Assembly: GCA_030265395.1 (NCBI GenBank)
Contig: JARFYF010000059.1
Span: forward strand, 16,247,206-16,311,205
Length of the DNA stretch: 64,000 nt
Origin: Rhina ancylostomus
Lineage: Eukaryota
Direction of reading: 5' to 3'
Position 1 is the stretch's first letter. Each line of letters starts with the position of its first letter. Both the position numbers and the translations under genes were made by a program. Below are positions 53,721 through 64,000 of this stretch, piece by piece. The notes below the pieces were generated by a model. It saw nothing but the letters and a program-made list of their open reading frames with translations, searched no databases and was not told the DNA's origin.

Positions 53721-54169
53721 GTTGGAAAATACTGCCAAGTTGCTCAGCAAGGAATCCGGCTGGGCAGGGATTCAGCTCAAATGGATGCATTCATGACTCT
53801 CAATGAGGAAATGTGGTTCTGTAAAGGGAAGCATGTGACTATTTACTCAGATAGTATACACTCAGAATAGTGTATGATTTTATGGCATCATCAGCCCATA
53901 GGGGTTTCATGAAGTCAGGAGGACACAGCATTAAACTTGAATATGTAAGGAAGATGCCTTCAGGCTTCCTAACAAGGTAGCAGTGGTCAAACGGAAGATG
54001 CACCAGAAAGCAGGGGGCCAGGGACAGGAGGGAAATGGTTATGCAGACTCCACTATACTAGTTTCCACAAAACCAGCCCCAGTCATGTCCATACAGCCTG
54101 AATAAGGAAATATTGTAAAATCACAACAGTGTCATGGGTGAAGAAAAGGAGGTCGAGACAGAGGGAAGC

Positions 54170-55200
54170 AGGAGAGATAGTTGAAAATCAAGACTACAGA
54201 AGCTCGAAACACTCAGCAGATCAAACAACATCTGTGAAAAAAGAAACAGATTTAATGCATCTCTGATAGGGCAAGACCAAGAGTGTCAAGGGAGAGCAGA
54301 AGGAGAACCTGCTCAAAAGAACATAAAAGCTATAAAATGAGGACAGTGAGAGAGTGAGGATACAAACAAAGGTACATAAAAGTTACAAAATGCAGAACTG
54401 CAAGACACCCCCAGTACATCAAGCTGTGCTGCTAAAGAGAAAAAGCCAAATCAACATTATAGCCTGACTGGCCAGTTCCGACGCAAACAGAAAGATCCCT
54501 GAAGTTGCAGAATTTGATGGCAAGGCCAGACGACAGCAATATGCCCAGATGGAAGACAAGATGCCATTCCTCATGTTTACGTTAGGCTTTTTTATAACAG
54601 TGCAGGAGGCCAAACCCAGATGGGCTAGAACAGAAGTGGAACAGAGAATTAAAATAGCAGGCAACAGGATATTCAGGTTGCCCCTGCAGACTAAATGCAA
54701 GTGTTCTGCAAGGTGGTCATCCAATCTGCATTTGGTTTCTCCATTATAGGGAACACCAAATGCAGTACACTAGGTAGGATAAAAGCTGTTTGGGTTCCTG
54801 GATAGTGGGAAAGGGAGAGGTAAAAGAACCATCTCCTGCCATTCCATGGAAAAGGGCTGTGAGAAGGAGAATGTTTGCTCAAGATGAAAAAGCAGACCAG
54901 AACATCATGAAAGGAAGAGCCCCTTGAAATGTTGAAAAGGGGAGGGGAAGATGTAGCTGATGGCTGAATTTCATTGGTGGAAATTGAAACTTATTTATGT
55001 GGAAAGTCTCATCAAAGGTGCAAATAACATAGAGGTAGAAGATATTAATCGAGTGAGGGCAGCAAGTGGGACAGACTGCATAGTATGTGTACTTAGGCAA
55101 AATTTCTTGAGGATCTAATATACCAAGGAAAGCATAACACATTGCATTTGCTGGGGAAGGGCTATCTGTAGCCAGCATGTCATTACGCATTGTCAGAAAT
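54170..55200 (-). mobile_element. Decayed Penelope-like element (GIY-YIG endonuclease region)
   Basis: rc of ~54697-54748 reads YNGETKCRLDDHLAEHL (PLE motif YIGETKRRLxxRFAEH); terminal remnant aaacactcagcagatcaaacaacatctgtg at ~54205. Confidence 0.75.
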
Positions 55201-55551
55201 GTTTAATATGTGCACAGCATAACCCTAGGAAGTACACATCAGAAACCAGTCCAGACCAAAAGGCCCTTGGGAAAATTTGCAAATTGCTTTTACAGAGCCC
55301 CTGCCTAAGATCCAAGAGCAAACTTAATGATGAGTAATAATGGATCAGCTTATTAGGTAGGTAAAGGGTCCTCCATCATGAAATCATGCTGCAAATACAG
55401 CTGCCAGAGCACAGGCAGAGTTCCCCTTCAGGTAGGTTTTGACCAAGGAAGCCATACAGACTGCTCAGAGTCAAACAGAGATGTCGCATAGTCCCTGAGC
55501 TCAGGCATTGGGGAGTGTATAAATCAAACTGCTGCCTCAGAAGCAATTACA

Positions 55552-55760
55552 AGTCAAAATCAAATTTATTGTCATATGCACAAGTACATGTATGCACAGG
55601 TGCAATGAAAATCTTACTTGCTGCAGCATCACAGGCACATACAATCATAAGCAGCATTCACCCAAAACAAACAAATTTAAAAAATAAAACATAATTTTTA
55701 CAAGAAAAAACACAATTAGAACAAAAGAACAATGTCCATTTTAGGGCAAAGTGATCAAAC
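55552..55760 (-). mobile_element. Interspersed repeat tail (Rex-Babar-like LINE 3' end as recalled from rays)
   Basis: aaatttattgtcatatgcacaagtacatgtatgcacaggtgcaatgaaaa..ttacttgc.gcagcatcacaggcac. Confidence 0.55.
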
Positions 55761-58700
55761 TAGTTGTAGTATGGGCAGAAATTGGGTGAATGTGCTGAAG
55801 TTACAGGTACCTAAGCAAATAGTAAGAATGACTCCTTATGGACTAAGGAATGGAAGTTCATTGGAACCACTTGAGTTACTGATGAAAAGTATTAAGCATT
55901 ATATAATAGAACTGTGCAAGTATCTTAATTTATAAAAGCAGAAGCAAAACAGTGACAAGAATCTGCCGATAGAGATAGGCACGTTGGAATTTAAGTTACG
56001 AGTACTCTGAGGATGGAGCCAAACGTAAAAGTCATGCCACACAATCCTGGTCTATTGCTTGATTATAGCCTCGTACAGTCCAGAGCAGATGGAAACACAG
56101 GCATCAGGTTAAGCTATATGACTTGCCTTCTGTTTCTGACACCTGGAGGGTCAGCAGTAGATCACTTCACAATCTCCTATCAGATAAACTACAAGAGCAA
56201 CTGCAGTATGGTGAAGAGCAGGAACAGTGATCACCCTCTGAATAATCAAGACTGCATGGCAAGTGCCTACTGTGCCCATCAACAAGGACACCTATCTGGA
56301 TCCTAGGCAATACATGGAGTTATCTCTAAAAGAAGAAACTCAAAATAAGATATGACGCTGAAGCAGAAATTGAAACTTGCAGTGTCTGACGTTAAATCAG
56401 TATTAAATAAAAGTTGTTTTAATTCAACCACTGTTATGAACTTGTTTTTATATTAGGCAGTCTATATTAATGCATTTTATTTCACTGACTGCAACCTGAG
56501 AGCTCGTTTTTCAGACTGGCTGCTCCTACATCCACACACACAAGTTTTATCAAATAAGGAACTGTAAACTCAATTAGAAAATAAAGATATTAAATCAACT
56601 TTTCAGAACAAAAACAATGAGCTTGGAAAACGACAGTTCTCTTCCAAATTTCAGTTGAAGAATTTCTGCCGTGGTTTAAGAATAACTGTCTTTCAAAAGC
56701 ATCCACAAGCTGTACGAAATTCTAATCTTTATCACCTGTCTTGTACATAATAGCAAAGTTTTGATAATGTGACAATTTCTATCTATATATTTTTTTGCAG
56801 TTATCTGACAAAACCTAGAGGAGTCTGGATAAAGAATTGCAAAATGCCATAATTTACTTGATTTGTTCACAGGAATGTGTGATCTCTCTTTCTTTGATGT
56901 CTTGTTTTATTAGTTAGGAAGTATTGATTTGAATTAACAGTGGAAGGAATACAGACTGGAGCTCCACAATCTTAATATTGATAAAACTTGTGTGTAATTC
57001 CATTAAATATTGTGGGCAATGCAAGAGCCTCTCATTCCAGATACAAGGTTCTGACATATTACTAAATTTTTGATTTGAATGCTTCTTTCCCTTAAAGGGA
57101 TAGATGTTACTTGTTAGCTTTATATTAATTAGTTAAATGTTAGCTATTGCTTGTTCACTTTCATTCCTTTTAATGTAGTTTCCCAATCTACCATTGCTAA
57201 CTCACACCTCTGCACATAGTTTAAACCAAAATAGCTTTTCCTTTAGTTTCTCTACATCCAGCACTGATCTAGAAAGTCATATCTTACACTATAAATTTCT
57301 TCTCCACACTGGGTCTGTTAACTTGGTTTACCCAGTCTACATGTCAATTAGTCTCCAATGACTATATTGCTACATACATCTCTAATTTCCTGATTTTTAC
57401 TGTCCTAGATTACCATTATCTTTGGGGTCCTTTCTATGACTCCAAACATTCTCACATCTAGTCATTTCTTAGCTCCATTTAAAGTGATTCTGCTTCCTGA
57501 ATTCCTGAGCTGAAGTCCTTCTCTACTGTTTTTATCCCATTCTTTAATAAGAGTGGCACCTCACCTCCTTTTCCATTTTGCCTGTCTTTTCTAAAGTTCA
57601 ATGGAATAATTAATTCCTAACCTTCATCTCTTTGCAGCTACATCTCTAATATCTATTAGATCATACCCATTTTAACTATTAATTCACCTATATTGTTATT
57701 AATGCTGCATGTATACAAATAAAGGGCTTTGAATTTTGTTTTAATGATAAAATCTCAATATACATATTTTCAAGTTCTGCAAAAATGTTTTTAATGAATA
57801 TTTTAATATTACTAAAGGGTGATATATGTGAAAAAATATAAAATTGCCATTACATTATCTTGTGTGATGCATGCAAAGACTTTCTTACTAAAGAAAATGG
57901 ATACTGGCCAGTTCGAAGCATCAACATAACCCTGTTCCAGCAATCAATTTGGTCATGCATCTCAATCCCATTTACCTGACTTTGCTCTGTAATTCAATTC
58001 CCTTAACAAGAAAAATCTATGATCTCACTGCAAATTTCAATCAAAATCCAGCCTAAAGGATAATAAATGTAACTGCTGCTACATCTGTGTTCTAGTCTGC
58101 AATTTAAGTGTGAAAACACTGACCTCCCTCATTTGCATTTTGCAGACAACATATATATTTGTGTAACCTCATTTCCAAATTACACATGATATCTTCAACA
58201 TTCTTGCTCAGAAATGAAGATCAGCAATTAAAATCCTCCAAAATGTAGTCAGTTAACATCACCACAACCAGCAAGCTGAGTAGGGCACAGACATATTCTA
58301 GAGCCTGCCCATATCAAACATTACAGGAAAGGGTGGCGAGGGATGGATAGGACAAAGGGAATATTTCTGGATGAATTGCATCCACAGCACCTTCTTAAAG
58401 TTCTTGCCACTACTGGTCATATTTCCAATGAGACACTGAGACTGCAAACTATACTTATTTGTCTGAATACAATTCTCCACAATGGAGTGGATAACAAAAT
58501 TAGTGGATCAAGGTAGCACCTAAAGAACATATTTTACTCCTGCTGACCTGCTAATGTGCAAGATAATGAAGGCCCATATGCTAGTGGTCACTGCACTACA
58601 TTGGTTAGTAAAGCCTCATGCTCTGACCAGCTGTAACACTTTACCCCAGGGAGGCAGCATAAAATCTCCTCATATTTTGAGTTGCACCATTTTATTTGGT

Positions 58701-59479
58701 TGGGTACACAACACCAACAATCTTGTTAACAATCATTGCAAATGGAGTGTAATTTCCCTCATCAATGCACCCAACATCATTCAAGTAAAATATTGCAGAA
58801 CAAAATATTTTCCAACTTAATCCCAGTCTGTAATCATATCTCCACAGATGGCTGTGCAGAGAAATCTCATCATATCACTGAGGCTTATTATGTCCACTGT
58901 CTGTGAGAGTGGTTAAGCAAGAGGTGAATTCCAATTGCACTGCAGAAAGGCAAATCCAGGCAATATGATAATGACAAGCATTTAAATTCAGTTACAGGAT
59001 ATTTATATCCCTTATGTACTCAGAGGAGAAATGGGTTATTATCTTTCAGCACATTTCCAGCACAAGAAAATACAAGTAGTACACAGCAGATGCTGATGAA
59101 AGATCACTGACCCGAAACATCAACGGTTTCTCTCACTGCTGATTTACAGCATTTTCAGTTCTTGTTATAGCATATTTCTCAGGAAGCATCACATAAATAA
59201 CACTTGCACTTCACTTAGATGGATTGCTACAAATTGGGAATGCATTTGCATTTGGGTCTTCAGGTCTGGACACCAATAAAAAAAAAATCAAATATTTTAA
59301 ATGGGAGAGCAGTTTAAATGGGAAGATAGTATTGTTCTTGGATAAAGGTTTTTAGTTTTAAAAAACAAACCTCCACCACAATCCTTGAGTATGTCCTGGA
59401 CCACTGGTAAACAAACACAATGGAGGTGACAACATAACAGTCTAGAGATGGTAGAGAAATGGAAACGAGAGTATCAATT

Positions 59480-60800
59480 CAATAGACCCCATAAAATCTC
59501 TTAGCATTATAACAAATACAGGATAGCAAACTTCTATCACTGCCCTCCCTCAGCTGTCACATCAGCTCTCCTCCATGTTGCAAACCATGAAAACTCTTTA
59601 ATGACTGGAATTGTATCCAATCTCACCCCTAGAACATTGCTGCTGGAGATTCACAGGGCACCTTCAGCTGATCCATTAATGACTTTTCACAAGATCAGAA
59701 CTAGGGATGTGCACTAATATTGTCTTCAGTTCCATTCAAAGCTCATTTGAAAATTTAGGAGTGTCTACAAACACCAAAGCTTGAGTATTATTCAGACTTG
59801 GGCTTTTAAGTGGAAAGTCACAGCTGCAACACAAATGCCACTCTCATCATGAAAGTGTAATCACTGCAACTTGATATTCAGTAGCTTCCCCATCACCAAA
59901 TCCCCTATTATCAACAGACAGGGATGACCATTGACCAGGAGACCATGATCTAGATATTTGTCTTTAAGTGCACGGTAGATACTTGATCCTGTAAGACAAG
60001 TGGCTTTCTTCCTAACTCTATAAAGGCTTTAAACAACTACAAAGTGCAAATCAGAAGTGTGATGGAATACTCTGAGCTTGCCTGGATGAGTGCAGTTCCA
60101 ACTATAAAGTTACAAAAACAAATGGTGCAAAGCAGTCTGCTTGATTGGCACCCCATAGACCACCCTTAAAATTCGCTACTTCTAACATCACCACAAAGCA
60201 CATAGTCTTTTTTCTCAGGGAGGGGGTGCTAAATACAAGAGGGCATAGGTTTAAGATCACAGATGAGAGATTTAAAAGGGATATCAGGGACAGCTTCTTC
60301 ACATGAAAGATGGCGTGCATTTGGAATGAACTACCAGAAATAGTGGTTGAGCCAGGTACATTAGTAACATTTAAAAGCCATCTAGATAAGTCCATGGATA
60401 GGAGAGGTTTAGAGGGCTCTGGGCCAAACACAGGCAGATAGGACTAGCTCAGCATGGACGAGTTGGGCCAAAGGGCCCGTTTCTATGCTGTTTGACTCTT
60501 TGACTTGAAGAGTGTACCATCTACAAAATCCATTTCAACAACTCTCTTCTTCTGAAACACAACCCAAATCTTTCCAAGGCAGTAGGCACATGGGAACACC
60601 ATTTGCCACACAACATCCTGACTTGTAGATATGTTGTTATTGCTTCAACATCAATGCATAAAAGTCCTGGATCTCCCCACCTAACGATATTTTGGGGAAC
60701 TTCACCAGAAGAAATGCAGCAGTTCAAAGAAACACTTGACTTCAGTTGCCAAGCTAATTATGGCTAGGCATTAAAAATGAGTATTACCACTAATGCCCAC
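59480..60800 (+). mobile_element. Old LINE 3' region with nested CR1 3' fragment (~60205-60500)
   Basis: Nested piece aatacaagagggcataggtttaag...tggaatgaactacc encodes TRGHRFK...WNELP; flanks carry decayed RT-like sequence. Confidence 0.7.
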
Positions 60801-61089
60801 ATTCATCATATAAAACAAAAACATATATGCACTCACAACTAATAACACAGCCTACCAGGTTCAGGCAGGCAGGCATACCAGGCTCTAACTATAGGCTATC
60901 TACATTTGGCTCTCGTCAGTTTAGAAGATCATAAAGGGTGATCCAACCAAGGTGCAGAAAATCAGAGGGATTTTGATAGGACTGTTTAAGTCTGGCGAAC
61001 AAGCAACAGGCGATAAATAGCTCATTTCTAGTAAATCTTACCCACCCTACTGAATTTTATTCTTCTATACCAGCTTCCTGAATCTTCCC

Positions 61090-61995
61090 CGTGTCCAAAT
61101 CCCGACCACTGGCGGCCGTGACAAGCGTCTCAGTTCCAGAAATCCCTTCACTAAACCACTCAGCCTCCCTCTCCTCCTTTGACCTTCGTCAAAACCACAT
61201 CTCAAGACATCCCCGCGTTTCTGCCACTGATCGTAGTCCAAATGTAATTAGTGAAGCGCCCCGGGGTATATCTTCACATCGATACTATTTATATGCAAGT
61301 TGTTATACGACGAAAATAGCAGAAGGGTGCGGAGTATTGGACAGGCGTAAGATATTGAGGTATATCAATGCCAGGCGATGAGGGGTGCGGTTTATATAAC
61401 ACAGCGGCACCTCCCCTCATTTCCATCACATTCTAGAAAGTTCGCGGCTGTTGGTTTAGGCCGAGGGATGTACGGCTGCTTCCTGACATTTGCCTCAAAC
61501 ATCCCACTAGAATCAGAGACCGAATGTGCAGCCAGTGGCTTCGTCCGACCACAGAAGCCACGGGAAGCCCCAAGGCCCAGGGTTGGGGCTGGGGCTAAGC
61601 CAGTCGGCTTGCCTCTTTCCCTGGCCGTCCGCGGAGCACGGCTTCCCAATGTTACCTGTTTATGACCGAGCTGAAGAGCTGAGCGATGTCGCGTGGCTCA
61701 AAGGTGGAATAGGAAGCAGCGAGAAGCGGGCGGACGGCTGCACTCCAGTCGGGATCGGGATCCAGGGCCGAAGCCGAGTTCAGCGCCATCTTCCGTGGGC
61801 CGACTGGTGCAACCGACTAAACGCTCCGAGAACCCCGCGCAGGCGCGTTACCAGGCGGGTACGTAGCGCAATCAGATCCGGGCTGCCGATCCCCAGTGAA
61901 TCACGAGGTGTTCCGGTAATCCTGGCCACTGGGCACTCAAAACAAGTCCCACTCGCCCAGAACAAAAAGGGGCCAATCAGGTTTCGACTCCTTCC
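61090..61995 (-). promoter_or_regulatory. CpG-island promoter of UBR4
   Basis: Only CpG-dense stretch in an AT-rich window; spans exon 1; YY1-type CGCCATCTT over the ATG, NRF1-type GCGCAGGCGC (61837-61846), ETS-like TTCCGG (~61911), CCAAT box GGCCAATCAG (~61972). Confidence 0.85.
61656..61789 (-). CDS. UBR4: UBR4 exon 1 (start codon)
   Basis: aagATGGcg context; MALNSASALDPDPDWSAAVRPLLAASYSTFEPRDIAQLFSSVIN resembles human WEVAVRPLLSASYSAFE; donor AG/gtaaca. Confidence 0.93.
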
Positions 61996-62899
61996 CCCAT
62001 ATTTTAAACTTTGTTAATATTTCATCTTTCCTCTTTGGTACCTTATCTTTCAAAATCCTGACATTAAAAGCAAAGATCAGGTGGTATGAATAACCTCCTA
62101 GTGCACAATATCGACCCCTAGTTTGTTACAATTGAATTGTACAAACGTACCTCGAGCCAAACATGGTAAAAACTAAGCATTCTATGCAAATAACAGGAAA
62201 GGAAGTAAATGATATACAAATATTGCTAAAATAGTAATATTAGATTATCAGTTATGTCAAATCTACAACACAGGTAGGCCCTTGGTCTGTAGCACTTTTT
62301 TTATTATCCACACCACTTCTTTCCCCCTCCTCCATCCAATTCTATTCTTTCACACATGCTAATACAGAGCGAAAAATTCGATTGGATTTTGAAGTTAATT
62401 ACTGACAGTTTTGCACTCATATCTAGGCCGGTAGATTGTTCATGAGACAAGAGAAGCAATTACACTCAAGTCACAAGTAAATTTTCAGTCGTTTGTTTTT
62501 CCTCCCTCTGAAATACTGGCTATAAATCTATAACTGCTTCTTACATCACCTGCTAAATCTCCAGATTTGAACTGGAACATGTGAAAATTATCACTGCTCC
62601 AGGAACTGCAAACACAGAGTCATTGTGGGCAGAAAGGCCTACCATCTACAGTTGCACTGAAGCATCCAAGATTGTGGTTTTGCATTTGTCTATTTTAGGC
62701 AATAGAGCTTGTGGCTTAAAGATATACATTAAAATTCCTAAAATACATCTTATCTGAGAAAAGATTCAAGGTGAAATTCACAAACAGTAAATAGGAGTTT
62801 TCATGAGTATACTCACTTTCACATCATTTAGCTGTTGGCCTTGGTTCATTGATAAAACTCAATGTTTGAGGACTGAGGATTCTAATCTGTATCAAGAAT

Positions 62900-63230
62900 T
62901 AATCTGATAATCTAATGAGAGGTTAGGGCAGTACTGAGAGACTATTGTATTGTCAGAAGTCCCATCTGCTCATTCAGGTGGAAACAAATGATCCACTCCA
63001 CTATTTGAAGACCAAAGACTTCCACGGGTATCTGACCTACACTCAATCAACATGCCAAGAACAGTTATTTGTTCTTTGTGGGACCTTGCCGTTTCACAGA
63101 TGTGTTAAACTTGGTATTTGGTTTCAAAATACACAATTCATTTTAATGACAATTAAAAGTCACAATCACTGCAACAGCACCCAGCCATTGTATTAAATGG
63201 CAGGACATTTATAACCTATATAAATGTTTT
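62900..63230 (+). mobile_element. Decayed Deu-domain SINE upstream of the promoter
   Basis: gcagtactgagag...ctcattcaggtgga...cactatttgaaga...tttgtgggaccttgc...ctatataaatg. Confidence 0.55.
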
Positions 63231-63444
63231 AAATTTATAACCCCAAAATTAGAATAAAGATCAAAAGCACTCTGTTTCTCTTCACTGTGGGTTACAGTGA
63301 TGATCCATGATGTGACTGTACAAATATTAAGTGTCAGACAATTTGGAAAATAGCATTACTGTTGATTTTGTTGTTTACCATCTCAAACATGACATTATCC
63401 ACAACTAAAGATGAAGGAAACAAAGTTCAATGTCACAGTAACAT

Positions 63445-63454
63445 TTTATTTAAT
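63445..63454 (-). terminator. Candidate polyA signal of the upstream neighbouring gene (EMC1 by recalled synteny)
   Basis: Overlapping ATTAAA/AATAAA on the minus strand followed by a U/GU-rich stretch; no coding sequence of the neighbour is in the window. Confidence 0.35.
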
Positions 63455-64000
63455 GGTTTCAAAAACAATATCTCAAACATAAATTAATATTTCTATTTAA
63501 CAAATTTCAATGCATTAATTTTTAGGTGTTCAGTACCAATGTTTTTGATGTGGCTGTACTTGGATTTTAGGCAAAGGAGAGAGTAAAACACCTAACTAGG
63601 AGAAGGTCACAACTATCATTCGAACCCTCCCTTTCCTGCAAAACAGTGATGAAACTTGAGCAAATAATTAGAATGTCAGATATTCACAAAGATCTGGCTT
63701 AACTTCTGTTAATTCACTCATCCATTGCACATTTTAAGTTGACTCTAAATGCCTGTCAAGGTCAGATTTTCAGGAGTCAAATATTTAACATCCAAAACAG
63801 TTAAAATCCTCTATTCCTATTGTACACCTTCAAATGTCAAATTTTTCAAGATTTTTTGCTTTTGACACATTTGTTAAGTGGAGATGCACTCACTCAATTC
63901 AAAACTGCCTCACACACCAACTTGGCAATACAATAAAAAAAAATTAACAGTACTGTTGTACTGTTTTCAAATTCTTGCAAGAATCAACCAACAGTCCCAC

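Larger units (their letters stand above)
331..61789 (-). other. UBR4: UBR4 gene span (exons 1-42, gene continues beyond left edge)
   Basis: 42 phase-consistent exons whose translation follows the recalled human UBR4 sequence colinearly from the N-terminus to about residue 2000. Confidence 0.98.

Noticed and set aside
484-61655. Minor-spliceosome introns or intronic snoRNA/tRNA genes
   Set aside because: All visible donors are U2-type GT; no convincing C/D or H/ACA structure seen by eye; tRNA-like boxes belong to SINE heads. An Infernal/Rfam scan would be decisive
61526-62017. 163-aa + strand ORF overlapping exon 1
   Set aside because: Non-ATG start in a GC-rich island where stops are scarce; no recognisable domain

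Overview
Vertebrate genomic DNA, most likely a cartilaginous fish (ray-like, inferred from the repeat families). Nearly the whole window is the 5' part of UBR4 (p600, the giant N-recognin E3/E4 ubiquitin ligase) on the minus strand. I traced a CpG-rich promoter at about 61.1-62.0 kb and 42 consecutive coding exons from the ATG at 61789 down to 331. All visible boundaries are GT-AG and the phases match. They give about 6039 nt (about 2013 aa), assuming a 104-nt exon 3 whose donor lies in an N gap, and include the UBR-box zinc finger (exons 36-37). The gene continues past the left edge. Introns hold decayed CR1, L2, Rex-Babar and Penelope-like retroelements, V-SINEs and Deu-domain SINEs. The right end may hold the polyA site of the upstream neighbour (EMC1 by recalled human synteny). 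I found no convincing new biological system. The best leads are modest: a ~370-bp intronic fold-back element, a tandem GTG-GTG donor on exon 38, a hammerhead-core remnant, an RT-less CR1 that keeps ORF1 and endonuclease, and a D-to-E change in the UBR box. Homology calls rest on my recall of human UBR4 and repeat consensus motifs, not on searches; repeat boundaries are approximate.
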